A stretch of 64,000 nt of DNA from a virus. The stretch spans positions 9,295-73,294 of IMG/VR virus record IMGVR_UViG_3300021090_000013; one strand, written 5' to 3'. The position numbers and the translations under genes are program-made. Under the pieces are notes generated by a model. It saw nothing but the letters and a program-made list of their open reading frames with translations, searched no databases and had not been told where the DNA came from. Shown one piece after another: positions 10,886-20,116 of the stretch. Every line of letters starts with the position of its first letter. The first letter of the stretch is position 1.

Positions 10886-11062
10886 ATGAGGTCGGCACTC
10901 AAGAGGCTGGGCTGGAAGCAGACCCAGCTTGCCCGATACCTCAAGGTCACTGACGGGGCTGTGAGCATGTGGCTGAGCGGTCAGCGGCCGATACCTGGCC
11001 CGGTCGAATTGGCGGTCAGGGCGGTGGAGCCCATCCAGGGCCAAGACCGGGAGTCGGCGTGA
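10886..11062 (+). CDS. Cro-like XRE helix-turn-helix regulator
   Basis: LKRLGWKQTQLARYLKVTDGAVSMWLSGQRPIP; first gene after the promoter. Confidence 0.8.
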   Translation: MRSALKRLGWKQTQLARYLKVTDGAVSMWLSGQRPIPGPVELAVRAVEPIQGQDRESA

Positions 11063-11266
11063 CCGGAGGCTGGCTGGCCTCGAAGCTGGGCGCCGCCGAG
11101 GCCAAGCCGCAGCCCAAGCGCGGGCGGAAGGGCGAGGAGGGCGCTTGAGCATCCGCTCGGTCTGGGCCGCCTTCCGCGAGTGGCGCCGGGAGCCAAAGCG
11201 GACCGCCATCGAACGGCTGCAAGGTGGAGACGTTGACATCGTGGCGCTCGCTCGCGAGGCGAAGAA

Positions 11267-11785
11267 GTGAAGCTCCAGCTCACCGCCATCGAGTTAGACA
11301 CCTCGATTCAATGTCGAGCCGCTATCGACATCGCCGTCGTGAACGAGTACGCGGAGCGCATGGAGCACGGTGACGTCTTCATGCCCATCGACGTGTACGG
11401 ATCGAAAACGAAGTGCTGGCTGGCTGATGGCTGGCACCGCGTCCTCGCGGTGAGGCAGAACGGGGGCGAGTCCATCGATGGGCAGCTCCATCCAGGAGGT
11501 CGCGTCGACGCGCTGAAGCACGCCCTCGGGGCGAACGCGCTGCACGGTCACCGACGCACCAACGAAGACAAGAGACGGTGCGTCGAGATCGCGCTCCGGG
11601 AGTTCCCGAAGCTGAGCAGCCGGGCGGTGGCCACCATGTGCGGAGTGGGTCACGAGATGGTTGATGCGGCAAGGCCATTGGCGGAAACCGCCAATGCCAC
11701 CCGCACCACGACGGATGGACGCCAGTACCCGGCCAGCAGGAGGGTCGTCCCCACCAGGGCCACGTCAGTCCAGCAGGGCCTGTAA
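11267..11785 (+). CDS. ParB/sulfiredoxin N-terminal domain protein with HTH
   Basis: WLADGWHRV motif, ANALHG, LSSRAVATMCGV HTH. Confidence 0.7.
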   Translation: MKLQLTAIELDTSIQCRAAIDIAVVNEYAERMEHGDVFMPIDVYGSKTKCWLADGWHRVLAVRQNGGESIDGQLHPGGRVDALKHALGANALHGHRRTNEDKRRCVEIALREFPKLSSRAVATMCGVGHEMVDAARPLAETANATRTTTDGRQYPASRRVVPTRATSVQQGL

Positions 11786-12097
11786 GTGAGCGAGCCATTG
11801 CGCGCCAAACTCCACGCCGCCGCGGACGCGATCGCCGCCGCGGTCGAGGACGAGCTCGCCGCGCACCCGAGTGGGGAGCGCCTGCTCACCCTCGCGCAGA
11901 CAGCCGAGCGCCTCGGCCGCCACGAGTCGACCGTGAGGCGCGGGCTGCGGGACGGCACGCTGGACCTGCCGGTGGTGCTGCTCGACGGCGACCCGCGGGT
12001 GAGGCAGGCGGACCTCGACGTGTTCATTCGCGGGCTGGCCTACCGGCGGAGGCTGCAAGAGGCGGTAGGCGCGGTTTGCGCAAGGAGGACAGCGTGA
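11786..12097 (+). CDS. excisionase-like (HTH_17) DNA-binding protein
   Basis: LLTLAQTAERLGRHESTVRRGLRDG...RVRQADLD; second copy at 61782-62093. Confidence 0.7.
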   Translation: MSEPLRAKLHAAADAIAAAVEDELAAHPSGERLLTLAQTAERLGRHESTVRRGLRDGTLDLPVVLLDGDPRVRQADLDVFIRGLAYRRRLQEAVGAVCARRTA

Positions 12098-12678
12098 TCG
12101 AGTTCGCGGAGTTCCCCAAGATCGCAAGACTCAGCCGGCAATGTGTCATCACCGAGAAGATCGACGGCACCAATGCCTCGGTCTACGTGCCCGAAGACGC
12201 CGGGCCGCTCCTGTTTGGCTCGCGTACCCGGTGGATCACGCCCGAGACCGACAACTACGGTTTCGCGCGGTGGGCCACGGCGCGCGCGGAGGAACTGCGG
12301 CAGCTTGGGCCCGGGCACCACTTCGGAGAGTGGTGGGGCTCTGGCTGCCAGCGTGGCTATGGGCTGTCGAAAGGTGAGAAGCGGTTCTCTCTGCTCAACA
12401 CCGGCCGCTGGCTCGACGCACACCACGGAGACGATCCGGCGTTCTTGGCCGGGAAGCAGCGGTACGCCCCGTTGTGCTGCCACGTCGTGCCCGTGCTCTT
12501 CGCCGGCATCTTCCACTCCGACGAGGTGACCAGGTACCTCAACCTTCTGCGTGAGTCGGGCTCGCGCGCCGCGCCCGGTTTCATGCAGCCCGAGGGCGTG
12601 GTGATCTGGCACGAGGGCGCGCGGATCTATTTCAAGAAGACGCTGGAGAAGGATGAACAGCCGAAGGGGACAGCGTGA
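12094..12678 (+). CDS. RNA ligase (Rnl2-like nucleotidyltransferase domain)
   Basis: Motif I TEKIDGTN, FGEWWG, PEGVV, C-terminal FKK. Confidence 0.75.
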   Translation: MIEFAEFPKIARLSRQCVITEKIDGTNASVYVPEDAGPLLFGSRTRWITPETDNYGFARWATARAEELRQLGPGHHFGEWWGSGCQRGYGLSKGEKRFSLLNTGRWLDAHHGDDPAFLAGKQRYAPLCCHVVPVLFAGIFHSDEVTRYLNLLRESGSRAAPGFMQPEGVVIWHEGARIYFKKTLEKDEQPKGTA

Positions 12679-13094
12679 GCGACGTCCATCGCCTCGTCTG
12701 CGGCTGCTCGTACATCCGCGTGCCTGGCCAGTACGTGGGCACAGCGGTGCCGACCGTAGACGTGCTGTCCGTGTGCCACGACCACGGGCCGAACAAGACA
12801 CCAAAGAGGGGGGGCGTGGGCGCGCCTGCGGCCTCCCGCCCTGAAGCCGTACCCGGCAGCCGGCGCCCGGGAGACGTAGCGCCGGCATTGCAGCACCGGG
12901 ACACCGGCGCCGGTGACGCTGAGTCGTGCCCCTGCCCTTCCCGGGGGCTGGGGCCCATCCCCGCCCGGGTTGCGATCCCCGGCTCAACGCCCACCACCAC
13001 GCTACCGCAGCACACCACTGCATTCGCCTGGCCCTCCAGCGAGGGGGCCGGGCCCTCCTTGGTGGACGATTACTACGACGCGGGGGGCGCATGA
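12675..13094 (+). CDS. hypothetical ORF overlapping conserved RNA hairpins
   Basis: Coupled to both neighbours but low-complexity; may be mainly an RNA element. Confidence 0.3.
   Translation: MSDVHRLVCGCSYIRVPGQYVGTAVPTVDVLSVCHDHGPNKTPKRGGVGAPAASRPEAVPGSRRPGDVAPALQHRDTGAGDAESCPCPSRGLGPIPARVAIPGSTPTTTLPQHTTAFAWPSSEGAGPSLVDDYYDAGGA
12859..13052 (+). ncRNA. putative structured RNA element (three hairpins); strand inferred from operon direction
   Basis: Hairpins 12859-12886, 12965-12982 and 13027-13052 are conserved in the second copy (62268-62518) with compensatory stem changes. Confidence 0.5.
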
Positions 13095-14044
13095 GCACCG
13101 CCCCCGCCATCGTCCTGTCGCCCCGGGATCGCTGGCTGGCGGAGCGCCGAACGCTGTTGACCGCGTCCGACTGCGCGGCGGTGCTCGGGGCGGATCCGCA
13201 CCGGGGCCCTCTTGCGGTCTACGCCTCCAAGGTCGCGGACGTCGAGACGGAGGAGACGTTGCCCATGCGCCGCGGCCGGCGGTGGGAGACGGTCATCGCG
13301 GAGGAGTACGCCGAGCAGACCGGGCGACAGGTGGCAGACCTCGGCACCTATCTCATTCAGCGGCATCCCGACGTTTCGTGGCTCGGCGCGACGCTCGACC
13401 GCGTGACATGCGGGAGCGCCCTGATGGCGGCCCCGGTAGGCGATTCGGCGCCGGAGTGTGGTCCTCGCGCGTGCGGGACGCCGCTCCAGATCAAGATGGC
13501 GCTCGGCTCCCCGGCCGCCTGGAAGGATGGCCCGCCCCTCGGGTTCCTCGTGCAGGTGCAGGTCGAGATCGCATGCTACGGCGCAAGCTGGGGCGCCCTG
13601 GCTGGCCTCGTCGGCCCTGGCCCGCTCGACGTGAGCGACCACCCGCGGAACGAGTCGTTCCTCGCCGCGGCGCTGCCGAAGCTTGAGGAGTTCTGGTTCC
13701 GCGTGCAACGCCGCCAGCCGCCGCCGGCTGACGGCCTCCCAGGCACCACGGCGGCGATCAAGAAGCTCTGGAGCGATGAAGACGGGACCACGGTCGCGCT
13801 CGACATGGAGACGCAGGCGATGGTCCTGTATCTGGAGTTGGCCAGGGACGCGGCGAGGAAGAGCGCGGCGCGCACGGAGGGTATCGAGAACGAGCTGCGG
13901 CGCCGGCTCGGTTCTGCATCGTTCGGCGCCTTGGCGGACGGGTCGTTTCTGACGGCTCGGAAGACGACCCGGAGCGGCTACACGGTCGAGCCGACCACCT
14001 ACCGGGCGCTCCGCAGGTGGTGGCCGCGGCTCAAGAGGAGGTAA
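13091..14044 (+). CDS. YqaJ-like viral recombinase/exonuclease
   Basis: WLAERRTLLTASDCAAVLG, WLGATLDR, QVQVEIAC motifs. Confidence 0.85.
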   Translation: MSTAPAIVLSPRDRWLAERRTLLTASDCAAVLGADPHRGPLAVYASKVADVETEETLPMRRGRRWETVIAEEYAEQTGRQVADLGTYLIQRHPDVSWLGATLDRVTCGSALMAAPVGDSAPECGPRACGTPLQIKMALGSPAAWKDGPPLGFLVQVQVEIACYGASWGALAGLVGPGPLDVSDHPRNESFLAAALPKLEEFWFRVQRRQPPPADGLPGTTAAIKKLWSDEDGTTVALDMETQAMVLYLELARDAARKSAARTEGIENELRRRLGSASFGALADGSFLTARKTTRSGYTVEPTTYRALRRWWPRLKRR

Positions 14045-14048
14045 GGGA

Positions 14049-15185
14049 ATGGCGACAGAGACAGCGATGGCGACGCCGGCGCCTGGGACGATAGCCCGGC
14101 AGGAGTTCTCCGCGCAGCAGCTCGAGGTCTCAGGCGAGACCGCGGGCACGGCGCTTGCGGCCCAGGCCCGGGCGATGGTGGAGGCTCGGTTCATCGTGGC
14201 CATGCGGCGGCCGCGGGACTGGGACGACGTCCGAACCAAGCTCCTCCGCGCCTGCGAGCGCCCCGGGTTCGCCGGATCGGCAGAAGAGAAGACCTGGGGC
14301 GCCGCCTGGTACCGGAAGCCGGTGGGCGAAGGTGTGGAGGGCTTCTCGATCCGCTTCGCCGAAGAAGCCGCCCGGGCGATGGGGAACATCGATATCCAGG
14401 TGGTGCCCGTCTACGACGACGCGACGCGACGGATCATCACCGTCACCGTGCTGGACCTGGAGAGCAACCTCGGCTTCCCGACGTCCATCGCCTTCGAGAA
14501 GACGGTCGAGCGACGATTCCTGAAAAAGGGGGAGACGGCCCTGAGCGTGAGGGTGAACAGCAAGGGCCAGCCGACCTACCTCATGCCGGCGACCGACGAC
14601 GACATCGCGGCGAAGCAGGCATCCCTGGCGTCAAAGGCAATCCGCAACGGACTCTTGCGGGTGCTGCCTGGGGACATCGCTGCACAGTGCCGCGCACGCA
14701 TCCTGGAGATCCGCAACGGCGCCGCGGCCAAGGACCCCGACAAGGCGCGCCGAGAGATCGCCGACGGGTTCGCGGCACTCAACGTGATCCCGTCGATGCT
14801 CAAGGATTACCTGGGCCATGAGCTCGCCACGGCGACCCCCGCCGAGCTGACGGACCTGCGCGAGCTGTGGCACGGGCTGAAGGAGGGGAAGACGACCTGG
14901 CCCGAGGTCATGGACGAGGTGCGGGCCGAGCGCGGAGAGGAGGGCGCCCCAAAGGCCGAGCCGAAGCCGGGGCTGGATGGCCTGGCGGAGAAGCTGAAGG
15001 CCGAGGCGCCGGTCCACGCCGCCCCCGAGGAGGTCCCGACCGAGTCCTGCAAGCACCCGACGTGCCCGCCATCGCGGATCGCGGCGCTCGCCCCGGGCCA
15101 AACGCTCGTGTGCCCGTGCGGCGAGGAGTGGACCGCCGAGGCCCCGGCGGCGAGGAAGCCCAAACAGACGCGCCTGGAGGAGTAG
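14049..15185 (+). CDS. putative single-strand annealing/recombination partner protein
   Basis: Directly after YqaJ; YRKPVGEGVEGFSIRFAEEAARAMGN block; function inferred from position. Confidence 0.5.
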   Translation: MATETAMATPAPGTIARQEFSAQQLEVSGETAGTALAAQARAMVEARFIVAMRRPRDWDDVRTKLLRACERPGFAGSAEEKTWGAAWYRKPVGEGVEGFSIRFAEEAARAMGNIDIQVVPVYDDATRRIITVTVLDLESNLGFPTSIAFEKTVERRFLKKGETALSVRVNSKGQPTYLMPATDDDIAAKQASLASKAIRNGLLRVLPGDIAAQCRARILEIRNGAAAKDPDKARREIADGFAALNVIPSMLKDYLGHELATATPAELTDLRELWHGLKEGKTTWPEVMDEVRAERGEEGAPKAEPKPGLDGLAEKLKAEAPVHAAPEEVPTESCKHPTCPPSRIAALAPGQTLVCPCGEEWTAEAPAARKPKQTRLEE

Positions 15186-15188
15186 GGA

Positions 15189-15467
15189 ATGAAGATCGAG
15201 CTTGGAGACATCGCACGCGACCGCCTGACCGGTTTCGAGGGCGTGGTCGTCGCGTCGACGGAGTGGCTCTATGGCTGCCGTCGCCTGACGATTCAGCCGC
15301 AGACGTTGAAGGACGGGAAGCCACTCGACCATTCCACCTTCGACGAGCCTCAGGTCGAGTTGGTCGGGGAGAAGTTCGAGCGCTACGCGGACGAGAACGC
15401 CACGGCCCCGGCCAATAAGGCAGCCACGTCCGGCGGTCCCAGGCCGGAACCGGAGCGCGGTCGGTGA
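15189..15467 (+). CDS. hypothetical phage protein
   Basis: GGAGG RBS; ELGDIARDRLTGFEGVV...EWLYGC. Confidence 0.6.
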   Translation: MKIELGDIARDRLTGFEGVVVASTEWLYGCRRLTIQPQTLKDGKPLDHSTFDEPQVELVGEKFERYADENATAPANKAATSGGPRPEPERGR

Positions 15468-17014
15468 GCACCAAGAAGGCCGGCCAGCTCCACATAGCGC
15501 GCCTACGTCTCGCAAACGTCCTCGGGGTCGAGGACTCGGTCATCGACCTGGACACCATCACCGAGCTGGCGGGGGGCAACGCCAGGGGCAAGAGCACCCA
15601 CCTCTCGGCGATCCGCGCCTGTCTGGGCATTGATCGGACGTCTCTGGCCCGGCTGGTGCGTCTCGAGGACGGCCAGCCGGTGGAGGGGAAGCCGGAGGTC
15701 GAGGTCCTGCTCGTCGGTGACGACTGCGAGGCCAGGGTCACCCGCAAGGGAGACGGCTCCCCAGAGGTCAAGCTCCGCATCGGGGAGACCTGGACGGTGC
15801 CGCCGCGGCCAGGGGATTGGCTGCGCGACCTCATCGGCTCGGGCGCTAATCCCGCCCGGTGGCTGGCCATGCCCGACGAGGAGAAGGCCACCGAGGTCCT
15901 GGCGGCGATGCGGCTGCCGAACTACAGCCGGGCTGCAGCGCTCTCGGCCGCAAGCCTGCCGGACTTCCGCCTACCGGCCATCCCCGACGGGCTGCACCCC
16001 CTGGAGGACCTCGAGCTGGTGGAAGCGGCCATCTTCTCCTCGCGCACCCAGGTGAACGCCGAGGAGCGCCGCGAGAAGGACGCCGCGACGAAGCTACTGG
16101 CTGGCCTGCCCGCCGCGGCGCCGGCCGACGTCGCCGAAGAGTTGGGCGCCATCGAGGCCAGCGCCCAGGCCATGGCCTCGGAGTTGGCCGCCAAGGAGGT
16201 GGCGGTGCTGGCCGAGGAGCGCCGCGTCAGGCAAGAAACCGAGGCCACGCACGACGCAGGCGCGGAGAAGATCAAGGCCGACTTCAAGGGGAAGTCCGCC
16301 AAGCTCCGGGCAGAGCATCAGGCCCAGGCGGCCGCAATCCGGGCCGAGGCGGAGTGCCGCATCGCCGACCTGGCCGTCGAGACAGAGGGCCAGGTGGGCG
16401 TCATGCGGTCGGCCGACGAGGCCGCCCTCGACGTCATCGGTGCGACCTTTGCCCAAGCCCAGGATTCGGCACGCCTCAACCGAGAAGGGATCGTGGCGAC
16501 GCTGGCCAAGAGCGCCGAGTCGCTGGCCCAGGCCCGCGAGCGGATCGCCTCCCTCCGGGAGAGGCACACCAACAACCAGGCGGACAGGAGGCTACGGGAG
16601 ACCGCGGCAGAGGCGCAGGCGCAGGCGGCGCGCCACGCCGAGCAGTCCGACAAACTCACGGCCGGATTGAACGGCCTGAAACGGTACCGCCTGGAGCTGG
16701 CTTCCGCCTTGCCAATCTCGGGGCTCGCTGTGAAGTTCGACGAGAAGGGCAAGAAGAGCTTGACGCTCGACGGGGTGCCGCTCTCCCAGATCAATGGTGC
16801 GCGGCGGGCCACCCTGGCGGTGGAGGTCTCGTTGCTCGGAGCCTCCGTGCCCGAGGACGGGAGGCCAAGCCTGCCGCTGGTGCTACTCGACGACGCCGAG
16901 AAGCTCGACGACGAGACCCGCGCCGCGCTCTACCGTGAGGTGGCGTCTCGCGGGTCTCAGATCATCGCGGCCGTGGTGAGCAAGGGGCCGTTCCGGGTGT
17001 TGACCCAAAAATGA
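15464..17014 (+). CDS. SMC/Rad50-like ABC ATPase with long coiled coil
   Basis: Walker A GGNARGKST, central Ala/Glu coiled coil, Walker B LVLLDDAEKLD. Confidence 0.75.
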   Translation: MSTKKAGQLHIARLRLANVLGVEDSVIDLDTITELAGGNARGKSTHLSAIRACLGIDRTSLARLVRLEDGQPVEGKPEVEVLLVGDDCEARVTRKGDGSPEVKLRIGETWTVPPRPGDWLRDLIGSGANPARWLAMPDEEKATEVLAAMRLPNYSRAAALSAASLPDFRLPAIPDGLHPLEDLELVEAAIFSSRTQVNAEERREKDAATKLLAGLPAAAPADVAEELGAIEASAQAMASELAAKEVAVLAEERRVRQETEATHDAGAEKIKADFKGKSAKLRAEHQAQAAAIRAEAECRIADLAVETEGQVGVMRSADEAALDVIGATFAQAQDSARLNREGIVATLAKSAESLAQARERIASLRERHTNNQADRRLRETAAEAQAQAARHAEQSDKLTAGLNGLKRYRLELASALPISGLAVKFDEKGKKSLTLDGVPLSQINGARRATLAVEVSLLGASVPEDGRPSLPLVLLDDAEKLDDETRAALYREVASRGSQIIAAVVSKGPFRVLTQK

Positions 17015-18165
17015 CTCGCCGAGATGAGTTCGCGGCCGAGCGCCGCGCGCGACTCCGCGCCCTCCAGACGCGCGCCCCCGAGCCGTTCGACTGGCGCGGG
17101 CTGGCCCGCCTCCTGCGCGACGTGGTGCTGTGGATCGTTGTCGGGGGGCTCGCCGTCCTCGCCTTCGCGTGGGTGCTCGGGGCCGGGTTCGACTGGCTCG
17201 AACGGGTGCTTGGCCAGTGATCTCAGAAACGGTAGGCGTCGGAACGCGATGGACGCCTCGCGTTCACGGGCGCAGACAGGGCTGCAGCGCCGGCCTCCTG
17301 ACCGATGCGACCGGCGAGGGCTGCACCTGCCCCGCCGACTACAAGCTGCTCACCGACCTGGCGCTTACCGGCCAGCCGCTCGATTCGAGAGATCGAGACC
17401 GGATCAAGGACGCAATCCAGTGGGCGCGGGCGGAGGTCGTCGAATGACCGTGATCATGGGACCGGAGGGCGTCGGCCCCTGGATCTGCCCTGCTTGCCGG
17501 GACGAGGGCTTGATCCCGCCGCTTCCGGCAGGGACGTGCGCGGAGCGGCTGTGTCTCCGCCATGCGGACGCTGCGGGGGTGGCTCTGCGGCCAGAGTTCA
17601 TACGCGACATGGCAGCGCTGCGGCGACGGCACGCCGCAGTGAAGAGGCGGGCCGTGATGCGCGCTGCTGCGCGTGACGGCCTCGTGGCCATCGTGGCGGG
17701 CATCGTCGGGGGGCTCGTCGCCCTCTCCGGTTTCCTACTGTTGGCGAGGTGATTGCTTGTGACCTGGCTGGACAGAAACACGAAGTGGATGTTGCTCGGA
17801 CTGGCGACGGCCCTCCTTGGATCGTACGTCGCCCTGCGGTTCGCGGAACGCGCCGACCATCGCGCGGCGTGCACCGAGGCGCTGCGAAGTTCTACGGTGG
17901 GTGATCTCGCGCGTCACCTCGTGTGCTCCCAATGAGGCGCGCAGTAATCGGCTTCGGCCTCGGCCTCGTCTTCGGCGTGCTGCTGGTCCTCGGCCCAGGC
18001 GCTCCGACCGAATCGCCGTGGCCAGCGCCTACGCCCAGCCCCACGATGGCCGAGACCGAGCAGACGGTGGAGCGGCTCACCTGCGAGGCGCTGGTCCAGT
18101 GGGCGGTGCTGCGCACGCACCTGCGCGACACCTGCAAGCCGCACCCGCCCGAGTGCGTGCCATGA
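17011..18165 (+). CDS. run of small coupled hypothetical genes, mostly membrane-associated (17011-17220, 17217-17447, 17444-17752, ~17753-17935, 17932-18165)
   Basis: ATGA/GTGA overlaps and hydrophobic segments; 17444-17752 resembles 63581-63850. Confidence 0.45.
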
Positions 18166-18446
18166 GCGATTCAAAGTACCGCTCCGGCGTGATCCAGGGC
18201 ATCGCCCTGAGCCGACACCACGGAGTATTCCCTCCGGAGGTCGCCGGCCTGGGAGCCATGCGCGGCGGACAGCCGTGCGGGCGCTGCGTGTTCTGCCCCA
18301 AGGACACGCACCTGCAATTCTCGCTGACCTGGGTGACCTACGGCGGCTTCCTCGTTTGTGGCGCGTGCGCTCGGCGCCTGCACGAGAACAAGGCCATCCC
18401 TGAGGTGCAGGCGTTGATCGCCCGGGCCCTGAAGGATCTTACATGA
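18162..18446 (+). CDS. small Zn-finger protein, paralog of 22235-22513
   Basis: SGVIQGIALSRHHGVFP...CxxC...TWVTYG...CxxC shared with 22235-22513. Confidence 0.65.
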   Translation: MSDSKYRSGVIQGIALSRHHGVFPPEVAGLGAMRGGQPCGRCVFCPKDTHLQFSLTWVTYGGFLVCGACARRLHENKAIPEVQALIARALKDLT

Positions 18447-18597
18447 GCCTACTCGCGCGCATCCTGCGCTGGCTGTACCGCCGCGACTACGTGAGCGAGG
18501 TCACGCGCCGGAGCCTCGACCGAGACATGGAGCAGGACGCAGGCGCCGACGATGACGCGCTGACAGTCGCGCTTTCGCACCCACCAGAGGACGGGCG

Positions 18598-19644
18598 ATG
18601 AGGGTGCTCTCACTCTTCTCGGGGGTGGGTGGTCTCGACCTAGGCCTGGAGTGGGCCGGGATGCAGACGGTCGGGCAGTGCGAGATAGACCCGGCGTGCC
18701 GCTTCTGGCTGGAGCAGCACTGGCCCGGCTTGCAGCGGTGGTCAGACGTGCGAGAGGTGACGGGCGATGCGGTTGAAGCGGCGTGCGGAGCAGTCGAGCT
18801 TATGGCCGGGGGCCCGCCCTGTCAGCCCGCCTCGCTGGCTGGACGACGGCAAGGTAGTGCTGACGTGCGATGGCTCTGGCCTGAGTTCCTCCGCGTTGTA
18901 CGAGAGGTTGGCCCCCGTTGGGTCCTGGCAGAGAACCCTCTCGGAATCGCTAGCCTTGAGCCTCACGGGCTCGACTGGGTGTGCCGTGAGCTTGAAGGTG
19001 CGGGCTACGAAGTCTGGCCGGTCGTTGTTGGTGCCGAGCATGTCGGGGCTCCGCACCGCAGACACCGCGTGTGGATTGTCGGTCGGCTCGGACTGGCCGA
19101 CACCGTGGGCGGGGACGGCCGGCGGGAACCGGGGAGGAGGCGGAGGCCGCGTCGGGCCCTACCGTCCGGGATTGGCGGGGATCGCTCGTCTGTGGCCCAC
19201 GGCACGAGCGGAGGACAGCGAGTCTGCCGGTGCCCACGTCACGAGGGGGACTGCGGAGACGCTCACGGCTGCGGCGAGGCTCTGGCCGACAAAGGAGAGA
19301 CCGTTTCAGAACGGCAAGAAGCAACCGCTCTTTGCCATGGTGCGGGCCGCTGGCCTGCTCGACCAGGAGAACCACAGCACGAGTGGGAAGCCCCACGCCT
19401 GGCCCACAGCGCGCGCAGAGCGACGCGGAGCACCGGACAGCCACGGGAAGGCACCGATCAGAGGCAGTCTCTCTCCGGCGTGGGTCAGTCAGCTGATGGG
19501 GTTGCCGACTACGTGGCTGGCCGCATCGCCTCCCGTCACCGGAGGGAAGCGCTAAAGGCGTTAGGTAATGCGGTCGTCCCCGCCTGCGCCCAGGTACTCG
19601 GGCGCGCCATCATCGTGTGCGAATCCCACCCACCAGAGGAGTGA
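18598..19644 (+). CDS. DNA cytosine-5 methyltransferase, large chain
   Basis: Motifs I FSGVGG, IV GGPPCQ, VI EN, VIII RHRVWIVG, X ALGNAVVP. Confidence 0.9.
   Translation: MRVLSLFSGVGGLDLGLEWAGMQTVGQCEIDPACRFWLEQHWPGLQRWSDVREVTGDAVEAACGAVELMAGGPPCQPASLAGRRQGSADVRWLWPEFLRVVREVGPRWVLAENPLGIASLEPHGLDWVCRELEGAGYEVWPVVVGAEHVGAPHRRHRVWIVGRLGLADTVGGDGRREPGRRRRPRRALPSGIGGDRSSVAHGTSGGQRVCRCPRHEGDCGDAHGCGEALADKGETVSERQEATALCHGAGRWPARPGEPQHEWEAPRLAHSARRATRSTGQPREGTDQRQSLSGVGQSADGVADYVAGRIASRHRREALKALGNAVVPACAQVLGRAIIVCESHPPEE
19040..19555 (+). CDS. nested alternative-frame C5 methyltransferase small chain (WPT repeats, motif IX-like)
   Basis: DWPTP, LWPTAR, LWPTK, AWPTAR repeats and LSPAWVSQLMGLP in a different frame from 18598-19644. 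Confidence 0.6.
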   Translation: MSGLRTADTACGLSVGSDWPTPWAGTAGGNRGGGGGRVGPYRPGLAGIARLWPTARAEDSESAGAHVTRGTAETLTAAARLWPTKERPFQNGKKQPLFAMVRAAGLLDQENHSTSGKPHAWPTARAERRGAPDSHGKAPIRGSLSPAWVSQLMGLPTTWLAASPPVTGGKR

Positions 19645-19648
19645 GCAT

Positions 19649-20116
19649 GTGATCATCGACATGTCCAATTGGCTTAAGGCTGAGCGCGAGCCTCCCACAG
19701 CCGAGGGGGCCGAGGCCGAGCATGAGGGATCTGCGCCCCTGCGCGCCGCCTTGGAAAAGCAGGCATTCCCGGGCTGTCGTCATCTTCAGATGACCATCGA
19801 CGATAAACAGCGGACGGTGAAGTGTACCGATTGCAAGATGTGGCTAGATCCGGTTTGGTGCTTGCGTGAGCTGTTTCGATACTATGAGACGCGAGTGGAC
19901 CAACGACTAACGACGCTCAAGGAATTGGAGGACCGATACAACAAGCGCCAGGCGCGCTCCAAGGAAAGGAAGGCCAAGACGAGAGAACAAAGGGCCGCGA
20001 CCATGGCGGAGGAGCTGAAGCGAGCCGCCTACAACGAATACCGGGCGAAGGTTCTCGCGGCTACGGCTCTCCGGCAACGTCTCCGGGCCGACAAGATCGA
20101 GGCGGAACTCTCATGA
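19649..20116 (+). CDS. hypothetical Zn-ribbon/coiled-coil protein
   Basis: CRH...VKCTDC followed by a charged helix. Confidence 0.55.
   Translation: MIIDMSNWLKAEREPPTAEGAEAEHEGSAPLRAALEKQAFPGCRHLQMTIDDKQRTVKCTDCKMWLDPVWCLRELFRYYETRVDQRLTTLKELEDRYNKRQARSKERKAKTREQRAATMAEELKRAAYNEYRAKVLAATALRQRLRADKIEAELS

Larger units (their letters stand above)
10797..11146 (+). repeat. long direct repeat block A (promoter + Cro-like gene), second copy at ~59807-60166
   Basis: Near-identical DNA by eye, with scattered substitutions and a 15-bp in-frame indel. Confidence 0.9.

Noticed and set aside
11786-12097. Integration module
   Set aside because: Only an excisionase-like HTH is present; no tyrosine or serine recombinase or att site is recognisable.
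12910-13000. tRNA gene (T-arm-like GGGTTGCGATCCC followed by CCA)
   Set aside because: No convincing D-arm or anticodon arm and the loop is not TTCRA; reported instead as an unclassified structured RNA.
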